Of a stretch of 64,000 bases of DNA, positions 1-9,909 are shown piece after piece. The notes under the pieces were generated by a model. That model did not search any database and was not told the DNA's origin. It saw nothing but the letters and a program-made list of their open reading frames with translations. Positions within the stretch are counted from its first letter, which is position 1; each line of letters begins with the position of its first letter. Source of the DNA: an uncultured Candidatus Rokubacteria bacterium (GTDB lineage Bacteria > Methylomirabilota > Methylomirabilia > Rokubacteriales > CSP1-6); NCBI GenBank assembly GCA_963762145.1, contig CAVXJS010000019.1, forward strand, positions 320,001-384,000, written 5' to 3'. A program made the translations under genes and the position numbers.

Positions 1-27
1 GCCGGAGCGGCTCGAAGCAGGCGGCGC

Positions 28-733
28 ATGCTTGAGGTGCGCGGGCTCAACGCGTTCTACGGCGAGAGCCAGGTGCTCTGGGACGTCTCGCTCGAGGTCC
101 CGCCGGGCAGCGTGGTCTGCCTCATGGGGAGGAACGGGGTGGGCAAGACCACGCTGCTGAAGTCCATCATGGGGCTGCTGCCGGTTCGCTCGGGGCGGGT
201 GAGCTTCGACGGGACCGACCTGGGCGGCCGGAGGCCGGAGGAGCGGGCCTCCTGCGGGATCGGCTACGTTCCTCAGGGGCGCGAGATCTTCCCGAACCTG
301 ACGGTGCAGGAGAACCTGCGCATGGGCATGCTCGGCCGCGGGCGCGGCGGGAGCAACGGCCACGGTGACCCCCTCGAGCATGTCTTCGAGCTCTTTCCGA
401 AGCTGAAGACGCTGCTCGGGCCGGAAGGGGGGCGTCCTCTCGGGCGGCGAGCAGCAGCAGCTCGCCATCGCGCGTGTGCTGCTCGCGCGCCCGAAGCTCC
501 TCCTGATGGACGAGCCGACCGAGGGGATCCAGCCGTCGGTCATCGACCAAATCGAGGAAGCCATCGAGCGGATCAAGGGGCAGGGCATCGCGGTGCTCCT
601 GGTCGAGCAGTACCTGGAGTTCGCGTGGCGACTGGCGTCCGCGTACGCGATCATGCGCAAGGGCACCATCGTGTCGAGGGGCGCGACGAAGGACCTCCGT
701 GAGGATATGGTCAGGCAGCACCTGACGGTTTAA
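28..733 (+). CDS. urtE: Urea ABC transporter ATP-binding subunit (frameshift near 421)
   Basis: Walker A GRNGVGKTT and YVPQGREIF; after a frameshift the sequence reads LSGGEQQQLAIAR..LLLMDEPTEGIQPS; lies directly upstream of ureA. Confidence 0.88.
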
Positions 734-742
734 ACTCCCCCA

Positions 743-1045
743 ATGCACCTGACCCCCCGCGAGCAGGACAAGCTCCTCATCTTCACCGCCTCGGAGCTGG
801 CTCGCCGCCGCCGGGCCCGCGGCCTCAAGCTGAACTATCCCGAAGCGCTCGCGCTCATCACCGCCGAGATCCTCGAAGGCATCCGCGACGGTCGCAGCGT
901 GTCCGATCTCATGGCCTTCGGTATCACCATCCTGAACCGCGCCGACGTGATGGAGGGCGTGCCCGAGATGCTCGAAGAGGTCCAGGTCGAGGGCACGTTC
1001 CCCGACGGGACGAAGCTTGTGACCGTTCACCACCCGATCCGGTGA
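743..1045 (+). CDS. ureA: Urease gamma subunit
   Basis: [12 protein letters not shown]...[21 protein letters not shown], 100 aa. Confidence 0.98.
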   Translation: MHLTPREQDKLLIFTASELARRRRARGLKLNYPEALALITAEILEGIRDGRSVSDLMAFGITILNRADVMEGVPEMLEEVQVEGTFPDGTKLVTVHHPIR

Positions 1046-1072
1046 TGGCTGACGTACCCGCACCTCTATTAA

Positions 1073-1140
1073 ATGCGGGGGCCCAGCCGCGCGAAGCGCG
1101 GCAATGGGGGAGTGCGGGGGCCATTTCTGGGCCCCCGCAT
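1073..1140. repeat. Palindromic MITE/REP-like element between ureA and ureB
   Basis: Perfect 14-bp terminal inverted repeat ATGCGGGGGCCCAG (1073-1086) / CTGGGCCCCCGCAT (1127-1140); internal GCCGCGC-GAA-GCGCGGC hairpin. Confidence 0.7.
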
Positions 1141-1187
1141 ACAAAAGAAGAGCGGGCTGCGCCTTCCACCCAAACGAGCGTGCGGAC

Positions 1188-1559
1188 ATGATCCCTGGGG
1201 AATACCTGCTGGCAGACGGTGACATCGACGCCAACGTGGGTCGACGGACGCTCCAGCTCACGGTGGCGAACACGGCGGACCGGCCGATCCAGGTGGGGTC
1301 GCATTTCCACTTCTTCGAGGCGAACCGGGGGCTGCGGTTCGATCGCGAGCAGGCCTTCGGGATGCGGCTCAACGTGCCGGCCGGGACCGCGGTGCGGTTC
1401 GAGCCTGGAGACGAGAAGGTGGTGACGCTGGTGGAGCTGGGCGGCGCGCGAGAGGTCTACGGGCTCAACGCGCTCACCGATGGATCCGCGGGCGCGCCGG
1501 GCCGCGCCGCGAGCGTGCAGCGCGCGCGGGCGGGCGGGTTCCTCGGAGGCGGCTCGTGA
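1188..1559 (+). CDS. ureB: Urease beta subunit
   Basis: MIPGEY...[19 protein letters not shown]...[10 protein letters not shown]; ATG at 1188 preferred over the ORF-track start at 1104. Confidence 0.97.
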   Translation: MIPGEYLLADGDIDANVGRRTLQLTVANTADRPIQVGSHFHFFEANRGLRFDREQAFGMRLNVPAGTAVRFEPGDEKVVTLVELGGAREVYGLNALTDGSAGAPGRAASVQRARAGGFLGGGS

Positions 1560-3271
1560 GCCTGCGGCTCCCGCGGCGGCAGTACGCCGACCTCTACGGT
1601 CCCACCGTCGGCGACCGGGTTCGGCTCGCGGACACGGATCTGCTGATCGAGGTCGAGCGCGACTTCACCTCCTACGGGGACGAGGTGAAGTTCGGCGGCG
1701 GCAAGGTCATTCGCGACGGCATGGGCCAGTCGGCTCGGGCCACCGCGGGCGAGGGGGTGCTGGACCTGGTGATCACCAACGCCCTGATCCTCGATCACTG
1801 GGGCATCGTGAAGGCGGACATCGGCATCCGGGCCGGACGCATCGTGGCCGTCGGCAAGGCGGGCAACCCGGACATCATGGCGGGCGTGACCGCGGGGATG
1901 GTGATCGGCGCCTCCACCGAGGTGATCGCGGGCGAGGGGCGGATCGTCACCGCGGGCGGCATCGACAGCCACATCCACTTCATCTGCCCGCAGCTCGTGG
2001 ACGAGGCCCTCTCGGCCGGGCTGACCACGCTGATCGGCGGCGGCACCGGCCCCGCCACCGGCACCGCGGCCACCACCTGCGCGCCGGGAGCCTGGAACAT
2101 CCACCGCATGCTGGAGGCCGCGGAGGCCTTCCCGATCAACCTGGGCTTCCTCGCCAAGGGCAACGCGTCGCGGGCCGAGCCGCTGCGAGAGCAGGTCGAG
2201 GCCGGGGCGATCGGCCTCAAGCTCCACGAGGACTGGGGGACGACGCCCGCGGCCATCGACGCGGCGCTCTCGGTGGCGGAGGAGATGGACATCCAGGTCG
2301 CGATCCACACCGATACGCTCAACGAGGCGGGCTTCGTCGAGGACTCCATCCGCGCGTTCAAGGGCCGGACGATCCACACCTATCACACGGAGGGGGCGGG
2401 CGGGGGACACGCCCCCGACATCATCCGGGTGGTCGGCGAGGCCAACTGCCTGCCTTCCTCGACGAACCCCACGATGCCGTTCACGGTGAACACCATGGAC
2501 GAGCACCTGGACATGCTGATGGTGTGCCATCACCTGAACGCGAAGATCCCGGAGGACCTGGCCTTCGCGGAGTCGCGCATCCGGGCCGAGACCATCGCGG
2601 CGGAGGACGTGCTGCACGACCTGGGCGCGATCAGCATGCTGTCCTCCGACTCCCAGGCGATGGGCCGGATCGCGGAGGTCATCTCGCGGACCTGGCAGAC
2701 CGCCCACAAGATGAAGACGCAGCGCGGGGCGCTCCCCGGCGACGGCCGGCACGACAACGCGCGCGCCAAGCGCTACGTGGCGAAGTACACGATCAACCCC
2801 GCCATCGCCCACGGCATCGCGCACGAGGTGGGCTCGATCGAGCGGGGCAAGCTGGCCGACCTCGTGATCTGGAAGCCCGCGTTCTTCGGCGTCAAGCCCG
2901 AGCTGGTGCTCAAGGGCGGCCTGATCGCGGTGGCCGCCATGGGCGATCCCAACGCGTCCATCCCCACGCCCCAGCCGGTGCGCTACCGGCCGATGTTCGG
3001 CTCCTACGGCGCCGCGGTGTCGTCCACCTCGCTGACCTTCCTGTCGCGCGCCGCCGCCGAGGACGGCGTGGCGAGCCGGCTCGGCTTGCGAAAGGCCACC
3101 GCCACCGTGCGCGGGTGCCGGGGGCTCACGAAGGCCGCGATGATCAACAACAGCTACCTCCCGCGCGTCGAGGTCGACCCGGAGACCTACGAGGTGCGGG
3201 CCGACGGCCAGGCGCTCACGTGCGAGCCCGCGCGCGTCCTGCCGATGGCGCAGCGCTACTTCCTGTTCTAG
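1556..3271 (+). CDS. ureC: Urease alpha subunit
   Basis: [47 protein letters not shown] and C-terminal AQRYFLF. Confidence 0.99.
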   Translation: MSLRLPRRQYADLYGPTVGDRVRLADTDLLIEVERDFTSYGDEVKFGGGKVIRDGMGQSARATAGEGVLDLVITNALILDHWGIVKADIGIRAGRIVAVGKAGNPDIMAGVTAGMVIGASTEVIAGEGRIVTAGGIDSHIHFICPQLVDEALSAGLTTLIGGGTGPATGTAATTCAPGAWNIHRMLEAAEAFPINLGFLAKGNASRAEPLREQVEAGAIGLKLHEDWGTTPAAIDAALSVAEEMDIQVAIHTDTLNEAGFVEDSIRAFKGRTIHTYHTEGAGGGHAPDIIRVVGEANCLPSSTNPTMPFTVNTMDEHLDMLMVCHHLNAKIPEDLAFAESRIRAETIAAEDVLHDLGAISMLSSDSQAMGRIAEVISRTWQTAHKMKTQRGALPGDGRHDNARAKRYVAKYTINPAIAHGIAHEVGSIERGKLADLVIWKPAFFGVKPELVLKGGLIAVAAMGDPNASIPTPQPVRYRPMFGSYGAAVSSTSLTFLSRAAAEDGVASRLGLRKATATVRGCRGLTKAAMINNSYLPRVEVDPETYEVRADGQALTCEPARVLPMAQRYFLF

Positions 3272-3275
3272 TGCC

Positions 3276-3728
3276 ATGCGGGTGATCACCGAGGCGCCGG
3301 CTCCGGTGGACGCGGGGGCGCTGGCAGGCCGGACGCGCGATACGCTCCGGCTGACCTGGGAGGAGCGGCGCTGGACGCGCAAGAAGGTCGTGACCACCGC
3401 GGGCCGTGAGGTCGCGCTGGCGCTGCCGACCGGGACCGTGCTCGAGCCCGGCGACGTCCTGGCGGTGGAGGAGCAGTGGTACCTGATCGTCGAGCCGCGG
3501 CCGGAGCCGGTGCTCGCGCTCTTCCCCGAGAGCTACGAGGCGGCGGTGCGGATCGCGTTCGACGTGGGCAATCGCCACTTCTCCCTGGGCGGTGACGAGG
3601 ACATCCTGCTGGTCCCCGACGACACCGCGATGGAGGACCTGGTGCGGCGGCTCGGGGTGCGCTGGGAGCGCCGGGAGGCCGTGTTCTCGCCGGTCGACGC
3701 GGCGGCGCGAGACGGCGGCGATGGCTGA
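3276..3728 (+). CDS. ureE: Urease accessory protein UreE (no His-rich tail)
   Basis: LTWEERR..GREVALALP..L.PGD and AFDVGNRH motifs; position after ureC. Confidence 0.85.
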   Translation: MRVITEAPAPVDAGALAGRTRDTLRLTWEERRWTRKKVVTTAGREVALALPTGTVLEPGDVLAVEEQWYLIVEPRPEPVLALFPESYEAAVRIAFDVGNRHFSLGGDEDILLVPDDTAMEDLVRRLGVRWERREAVFSPVDAAARDGGDG

Positions 3729-4410
3729 TCCCCGGCTGGTCTCGCTGCTCCACTTCGCCGACAGCGCCTTCCCGACCGGCGGCTACGCGCATTCGTTCGG
3801 GCTCGAGCACTACTGCCAGGCCGGCATCGTACGGGACCGGGATGGGCTCGAGCGCTTCCTGCTGACCCAGCTCGAGGGCGCGGCGGGGCCCTGCGATGCC
3901 ACCGCGGCCGCGGGGGCGCTGCGGGCTCTCGGTCGCGGCGATCTCGAGGCGTGCCGGCGCCTGGACGAGGCCCTCGAGGCCATGAAGGTCGTGAAGGAGT
4001 TCCGCGAGGGCAGCCGGCAGATGGGGCGGCAGACCCTTCGCGTCGCGGCGAGCCTCATCGGCGAGCCCCGCCTGGGCGAATATCTCGAGGAGGTCAACGC
4101 GCAGCGCGCCCCCGGCCACCACGCGGTGGCTTTCGGCATGGTCGCGGGCGCGCTGGGCTGGGAGGCCGAGACGGCGGTGACCGCGTTCCTGTACTCGACC
4201 ACCGCGCTGCTGGTGGGCGCGGCGCTGCGCCTGCTTCCGATGGGCCAGCTCGAAGGGCAGGCCGTCCTCTGGACTCTCCATCCCGTGATCGAGCGGGTGG
4301 CGCGCGAGGCGGCCGAGCGTCCGCCCGCCGATCTCTGGAGCTTCACGCCCGGGCTCGACATCCAGGGCATGCTCCACGAGCGCCTCGACGCGCGCCTGTT
4401 CCGCTCATGA
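3721..4410 (+). CDS. ureF: Urease accessory protein UreF
   Basis: [16 protein letters not shown] and C-terminal RLFRS. Confidence 0.95.
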   Translation: MADPRLVSLLHFADSAFPTGGYAHSFGLEHYCQAGIVRDRDGLERFLLTQLEGAAGPCDATAAAGALRALGRGDLEACRRLDEALEAMKVVKEFREGSRQMGRQTLRVAASLIGEPRLGEYLEEVNAQRAPGHHAVAFGMVAGALGWEAETAVTAFLYSTTALLVGAALRLLPMGQLEGQAVLWTLHPVIERVAREAAERPPADLWSFTPGLDIQGMLHERLDARLFRS

Positions 4411-5024
4411 CCGGGCTGCCGCGGCCGCTCAAGATCGGCATCGGGGGGCCGGTGGGCTCCGGCAAGACCGCGCTCGTCGAGACCCTGTCGCTCCGTCTGC
4501 GGGATCGCTTCGACATGGCGGTGATCACCAACGACATCTACACGCAGGAGGACGCGCAGTTTCTCATCCGGCGGGGCGCCTTGCCCGCCGAGCGGGTCGT
4601 GGGCGTGGAGACCGGCGGCTGCCCGCACACCGCCATCCGGGAGGACGCCTCCGTGAATCTGGAGGCGGTGCACGGATTGATGGGGCGCTTCCCGGGGCTC
4701 GAGCTGCTCTTCGTGGAGAGCGGAGGGGACAACCTGGCCGCGACCTTCAGCCCGGAGCTGGTGGACGCCACGATCTACGTGATCGACGTGGCCCAGGGGG
4801 AGAAGATCCCTCGCAAGGGAGGGCCGGGCATCATGCGCTCCGACCTCCTGGTGATCAACAAGATCGACCTCGCGCCGCACGTCGGCGCCGATCTCGGGGT
4901 GATGGAGCGCGACGCCAAGCGCATGCGAGGAGAACGCCCGTTTGTCTTCACCAATCTCCGGGAGGGCACCGGCGTCGACGCCGTGGTCTCCTGGATCCGA
5001 CGCGACCTCCTCTTCGAGCCCTGA
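4407..5024 (+). CDS. ureG: Urease accessory GTPase UreG
   Basis: [23 protein letters not shown] and NKIDL. Confidence 0.98.
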   Translation: MTGLPRPLKIGIGGPVGSGKTALVETLSLRLRDRFDMAVITNDIYTQEDAQFLIRRGALPAERVVGVETGGCPHTAIREDASVNLEAVHGLMGRFPGLELLFVESGGDNLAATFSPELVDATIYVIDVAQGEKIPRKGGPGIMRSDLLVINKIDLAPHVGADLGVMERDAKRMRGERPFVFTNLREGTGVDAVVSWIRRDLLFEP

Positions 5025-5872
5025 GCCGCGGCCCGCGCCGGGCCGCACCGGGCGGGACGGCCGCCTCCGCCTGGCCTTCGAGGCCCGGGGCGGGCGCACC
5101 GTGCTCACGGAGCGGCGCTTCACGCTGCCGCTGCAGGCGCTCGAGCCGATGGACCTCGACGGGGACGCCGTCGCCACGCTGCTGCTGCTGAACCCGACGG
5201 GCGGGTTGCTGGCGGGCGATCGCCTCGAGACCGAGATCGCGCTCGGGTCCGGGAAGCCGCGTCTGCCTGTCCACGCCCTCCGCCACGCGGGTCTACCGCA
5301 GCCCGGGGCCCGTCGCCGTCCAGCGGGTCACCATGGACGTGGGGGCCGGCGCGACGCTCGAATGGCTGCCCGATCACGTGATCCCGTCGCCGGGAGCGCG
5401 GCTCCGGCAGACGACCGAGATCCGGCTGGCCGCGGACGCCACGCTGCTGTATCTCGACGCGTGGGCGACGGGGCGCGCGGCGCGCGGGGAGGCCTGGGGC
5501 TTCGACCTGCTGGACAGCAGCCTTCTCGTTCGCGACGAGGTGGGGCCGCTGCTCCGGGAGCGCTCGACCCTGACCGGACGTCCGCCCCGGGACGGGCTGG
5601 GAGGCACCGAGGGCTTCGCCTACGTGGCGACGTTCGTTGCCCTTCGGCCGGCGGGTCAGGGCTGGGACGAGCTCGTCGGGGCACTTCAGGGGGCGGTCCG
5701 CGTCGCGCGTGATGATGGACGAGCGGGCGTGACCATGCTCGGCCGCGGCGGAGTGCTGGCCCGCCTCCTCTATCCGTCGGCGCCCGCGCTCCATGCCGCC
5801 GTGCAGGCGTTGTGGGCCACGTGCCGGCGCCGGCTGCTCGGACTTCCGCCGGCGCGCCTGCGAAAGCTCTAG
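4942..5872 (+). CDS. ureD: Urease accessory protein UreD (frameshift near 5250; start uncertain)
   Basis: [12 protein letters not shown] in frame 4942 continues as [19 protein letters not shown] in frame 5333. Confidence 0.85.
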
Positions 5873-5929
5873 GCTGCTATACGAACTTCGCATCAGGCCG
5901 GCGCGCGTGTCAGGTCGGCCGGGAGGGCC

Positions 5930-6127
5930 ATGATGGCTGAGAGTCCGACACCCGAGGAGCTGGGCGCGTACGTGGACGAGACGGCGAAGCGGGTCGGCCT
6001 GCCCATCGCGCCCGAGCACCGGCCGGGGGTGATCCAGTTCACCGGGATTCTCCTCGTTCACGCCGCGCTCGTGATGGAGTTCTCGCTGCCCGACGACGTG
6101 GAGCCCGCGCCGGTGTTCCGGCCATGA
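5930..6127 (+). CDS. AtzG/HpxX-like small amidase partner protein (DUF4089-type)
   Basis: 65 aa, GLPIAPEHRPGV..F...EPAPVFRP signature; GGAGG RBS; stop overlaps the amidase start. Confidence 0.8.
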   Translation: MMAESPTPEELGAYVDETAKRVGLPIAPEHRPGVIQFTGILLVHAALVMEFSLPDDVEPAPVFRP

Positions 6128-7533
6128 GCGTCGCGATGTCGCGCGCCGACTACGTCGCCTCCGACGGCGTCGGCCTGATCGCCGCGATCCGGGCCCGCCG
6201 GGTCAGCGCCCGCTCGGTGACGGAGGCGGCCCTCGCCCAGGTCGCGACCCGTGGTGCCGCGATCAACGCGTTCACCACCGTGCTGGCCGAGCAGGCGCGG
6301 GGAGACGCGGACCGGGTGGACGCGGCGCTGGCCGCGGGCGGCGACCCGGGGCCGCTGGCCGGGCTGCCCTTCGCGGTCAAGAATCTCTTCGACGTGGCCG
6401 GCATCACCACGCTCGCGGGATCCAAGATCAACCGGGACCGGCCGCCCGCCGCGCGCGACGCGCACGCGGTGGCGGCGCTCCGGGGCGCCGGAGCGGTGCT
6501 GGTGGGCGCGCTCAACATGGACGAGTACGCCTACGGCTTCACCGGCGAGAACGCGCACTACGGGCCGGTGCGGAACCCCCACGATCCGACGCGCGTCGCG
6601 GGCGGCTCCTCGGGCGGCTCGGGCGCGGCGGTCGCGGGCGGGCTCGTCCCGCTCGCCCTGGGGTCGGACACCAACGGCTCGGTGCGCGTTCCCGCGGCGC
6701 TCTGCGGCGCCTTCGGACTCAAGCCGACCTACGGGCGCGTGTCCCGGGCGGGCACCGCGCTCTTCGCGAGCAGCTTCGATCACGTGGGGGCGCTCGGCCG
6801 CTCGGTGCGCGACGTCACCGCCGCGTTCGACGTCATGCAGGGACCGGATCCGGACGATCCGGTCTGCTCCAGCCGGCCCGCGGAGCCGTGTCTGTCGATG
6901 CTGGGCGACGGCGTGGAGGGGCTGCGGATCGCGGTGCTCGATGGCCACTTCGCCCGTGGCGGCGAGCCGGAGGCCTTCGCGGCGGTCGCCAAGGTGGCGG
7001 CGGAGCTCGGCGTCTCCCGACGGGTCACGATTCCGGAAGCACACCGGGCGCGGGCCGCGGCCATGGTCATCACCGCCTCGGAGGGCGCGAACGTCCACCT
7101 GGCCGACCTCAGGCGTCGGCCGCAGGACTTCGACCCGCTCACCCGGGATCGCTTCCTGGCGGGCGCGCTGGTGCCGGCCGCCGTCTACGTTCAGGCGCAG
7201 CGATTCCGCGCCTGGTACCGGGCCCGCGTCGCCGAGCTCTTCCGCGAGGTGGACGTCCTGCTGGCGCCGACCACGCCGTGTCCGGCTCCGCCTATCGGCC
7301 AGGAGTGCGTCCTCCTGGACGGCGTCGAGGTCATGGTCAGACCCAACCTCGGGGTCTACACCCAGCCCCTGTCCTTCATCGGTCTCCCGGTGCTCTCGGT
7401 TCCGGTCGCCACGCCCGGGCCGATACCGCTGGGCGTGCAGCTGATCGGCGCGCCCTTCCGGGAGGCGCACGTGCTCCGGGTCGGCGCGCTTCTCGAGGCG
7501 AAGGGCGTGGCGGCGGCCGTGGTGACGGCCTGA
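6124..7533 (+). CDS. AtzE-family amidase-signature amidohydrolase
   Basis: FAVKNLFD, LNMDEYAYGFTGEN, GGSSGGS and GSDTNGSVRVP (Lys-cisSer-Ser triad); LGVYTQPLSFIGLP. Confidence 0.88.
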   Translation: MSVAMSRADYVASDGVGLIAAIRARRVSARSVTEAALAQVATRGAAINAFTTVLAEQARGDADRVDAALAAGGDPGPLAGLPFAVKNLFDVAGITTLAGSKINRDRPPAARDAHAVAALRGAGAVLVGALNMDEYAYGFTGENAHYGPVRNPHDPTRVAGGSSGGSGAAVAGGLVPLALGSDTNGSVRVPAALCGAFGLKPTYGRVSRAGTALFASSFDHVGALGRSVRDVTAAFDVMQGPDPDDPVCSSRPAEPCLSMLGDGVEGLRIAVLDGHFARGGEPEAFAAVAKVAAELGVSRRVTIPEAHRARAAAMVITASEGANVHLADLRRRPQDFDPLTRDRFLAGALVPAAVYVQAQRFRAWYRARVAELFREVDVLLAPTTPCPAPPIGQECVLLDGVEVMVRPNLGVYTQPLSFIGLPVLSVPVATPGPIPLGVQLIGAPFREAHVLRVGALLEAKGVAAAVVTA

Positions 7534-7765
7534 TGCGCCTCGACGATCTCTAGCCCCGATCTCTAACCCCGAAGATCTCTATTGGACACGACGCCATCAC
7601 CGCGTTTCGCCCACGCGCGGCCGAATATCGATCTGCGCCGGACTCTCGCGAACACGGTGCTCATGCTGCGACGACTTCGCGACGTGTCGTTTCTTCCTGC
7701 CCAGCATTGAGGCTCGTGATTATGCCGTGAGCAATCCAGGCGGCCCTTCCGCTCGACGTTCCGGC

Positions 7766-7778
7766 TAAGCCCTTGATT
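7766..7778 (-). promoter_or_regulatory. IHF-binding consensus site
   Basis: Minus strand AATCAAGGGCTTA matches WATCAA-N4-TTR exactly, about 20 bp upstream of a sigma-54 promoter. Confidence 0.6.
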
Positions 7779-7794
7779 TCCTATCCGACGGATC

Positions 7795-7811
7795 CGGGCA
7801 CAGCCCTTGCT
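7795..7811 (+). promoter_or_regulatory. Sigma-54 (-24/-12) promoter
   Basis: CGGGCACAGCCCTTGCT: GG(7797-98)-N10-GC(7809-10) with GGCAC and TTGC conserved. Confidence 0.7.
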
Positions 7812-7824
7812 GCGCTGAAGCGGC

Positions 7825-8115
7825 ATGAGCGTGGGGCGAGGGACCGAAAGCTTCGACGAGCTCGTGAGCGCCGCCCTGCCATCGCTCGTGAGCGAAGCGG
7901 CGGCGGTAGACGGAGGGCGGCTCTACCGGAGCGTGATGGCCCGGGTGGAGCTGCCGCTGCTCCGCCATGCGCTCGAGCTCTGCGGCGGCAATCAGCTCAA
8001 GGCCGCGAAGCTGCTCGGGATCAACCGGAACACCCTGCGCAAGCGTCTGCGACTGCTTGGCCTCCTGCCGGTCACGGGCTCGAACGGAGCGAAGGCGAGC
8101 GCGCGGTCGGCCTAG
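7825..8115 (+). CDS. Stand-alone Fis/NtrC-type HTH DNA-binding protein
   Basis: LYRSVMARVELPLLRHALELCGGNQLKAAKLLGINRNTLRKRL, the HTH_8 signature; 96 aa with no AAA+ or receiver domain. Confidence 0.85.
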   Translation: MSVGRGTESFDELVSAALPSLVSEAAAVDGGRLYRSVMARVELPLLRHALELCGGNQLKAAKLLGINRNTLRKRLRLLGLLPVTGSNGAKASARSA

Positions 8116-8160
8116 GAAGCTTTACGCCCTTGGCGGGGCCGGGGTAGACTTCGCCTCAGA

Positions 8161-9204
8161 GTGCGCCCGCGAGCCGTCAGCATCGCCTCCTCGCTCCTCC
8201 TCCTGGTCGCCTGCGCGAGCGCCGGGACGGAGACGCTCCCGGGGTATCCACCCCATCACGTGGCCGCCGGCGGATTCCGGAATCTGGATCCGGCCTTCTC
8301 TCGACCGTCCGCCTGGACCCGCTGGACCTTCATCGCGGGCCGGATGTGGGACGGCCTGGTCTCGCCCCGCAGCTTCGAGGCCCCCCGTGTCGCCAACGAC
8401 GGCGTCGCACTGCGGGCGACCCCGGTTCCGCGCAGCATCACGTGGGTCGGACACGCCACGGTCCTGGTCCAGGTGGACGGCGTCAGCATCCTCACGGATC
8501 CCAACTGGAGCAACCGGGCGGGGCCGACCTCGTTCATCGGAGCCCGGCGGCTGAACGCGCCGGGGCTCGCGTTCGAGGCCCTGCCGCGGATCGACGTGGT
8601 GACGATCTCGCACGATCACTACGACCATCTCGACCTGCCGACCGTGAAGCGCCTCGCCGCGACCCACGACCCGGTCTTCGTGGTGCCGCTCGGCCTGAAA
8701 GCCTGGTTCGCGGACAACGGCATGCCCCGCGTGGTGGAGCTCGACTGGTGGCAGGAGCACGAGCACCGCGGCGTGCGCTTCGTGTGCACCCCGGCCCAGC
8801 ACTTCACCCAGCGCACGCTCTGGGACGCCAACCGGCGCCTGTGGGCCTCGTGGGCCGTCCTGGGACGGGAGCGGCGCTTTTACCACGGAGGGGACACCGG
8901 CTACTTCGACGGCTTCAAGGAGATCGGGCAGCGGCTCGGCCCCTTCGACGTGGTGGCGCTGCCGATCGGCGCGTACTTACCGCCCGAGATCATGAAGTGG
9001 GTGCATACCACGCCCGAGCAGGCGGTGCAGGCGTTCGTGGATCTCGACGCGCGCACGATGCTCGGCATGCACTGGGGCACGTTCGACCTGGCCGACGAGC
9101 CGCTCGACGAGCCGCCCGCGCGCATGCTCGCCGACGTCGACCGTCGCGGGATCGATCCGGCCCGCGCCTGGGTTTTCAAGATCGGGGAGACCCGCGCCTG
9201 GTGA
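8161..9204 (+). CDS. MBL-fold metallo-hydrolase (NAPE-PLD/RomA-like), probable lipoprotein
   Basis: TWVGHAT, ILTDP, ISHDHYDHLD, PAQHF, GDTGY, PIGAY and MHWGTF; LLVAC lipobox. Confidence 0.88.
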   Translation: MRPRAVSIASSLLLLVACASAGTETLPGYPPHHVAAGGFRNLDPAFSRPSAWTRWTFIAGRMWDGLVSPRSFEAPRVANDGVALRATPVPRSITWVGHATVLVQVDGVSILTDPNWSNRAGPTSFIGARRLNAPGLAFEALPRIDVVTISHDHYDHLDLPTVKRLAATHDPVFVVPLGLKAWFADNGMPRVVELDWWQEHEHRGVRFVCTPAQHFTQRTLWDANRRLWASWAVLGRERRFYHGGDTGYFDGFKEIGQRLGPFDVVALPIGAYLPPEIMKWVHTTPEQAVQAFVDLDARTMLGMHWGTFDLADEPLDEPPARMLADVDRRGIDPARAWVFKIGETRAW

Positions 9205-9217
9205 GGGCGCCCGGTCG

Positions 9218-9909
9218 ATGGCCCAGCGCGTTCTGATCGTCGAGGACGAGCCCGATATCCGGGACCTGCTCGTCTTCCATCTCGAGCGCGACGGCTACCA
9301 GGTGGCCAAGGCCCGGAGCGGGTCGGACGCCCTGCGGCAGGCTCAGATGTCACCGCCGGATCTGGTGCTGCTCGACCTCATGCTGCCCGAGATGGACGGG
9401 CTCGAGGTCTGCCGCCGGCTGCGCCAGAACACGGTCACGCAGGGCATTCCCATCGTCATGCTCACGGCCCGGGGGGATGAGGTCGACCGGGTGCTCGGCC
9501 TCGAGATGGGCGCCGACGATTACGTGGTCAAGCCGTTCTCTCCCCGCGAGCTGATGGCGCGCGTTCGCGCGGTGCTCCGGCGCACCCGGCCGCACGCCGG
9601 GCACCGCGCCGCTCACGGTCGGCCGCCTCAGCATCGACCCCGCGGCCCACCTCGTGACGGTGGACAACGCGCCGGTCTCGCTCACCCGCCGCGAGTTCGA
9701 CCTGCTGCGGGCCCTGGTGGAAGCGCGGGGGCGGGTCCTGTCCGCGGGAATACCTGCTGGATCACGTGTGGGGCTACGCCGCCGCCGAGGAGATCGAGTC
9801 CCGCACCGTCGACGTGCACGTGCGCCGGCTGCGGCAGAAGCTCGGGGTGGAGGGGCAGCGCATCGGCACCGTGACCGGCGTGGGCTATCGCCTGGAGGGC
9901 GCGGACTGA
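9218..9909 (+). CDS. PhoB-like OmpR-family response regulator (frameshifts near 9600 and 9745)
   Basis: Receiver domain [26 protein letters not shown]; winged helix [29 protein letters not shown] across frames. Confidence 0.85.

Noticed and set aside
4942-5101. ureD lacks an obvious start codon (possible ureG-ureD programmed frameshift)
   Set aside because: A TTG at 4942 or a sequencing indel explains it; no slippery site is evident
7545-7581. Short direct repeats as a possible CRISPR array
   Set aside because: Repeats are 8-13 bp with no spacers, and there are no cas genes
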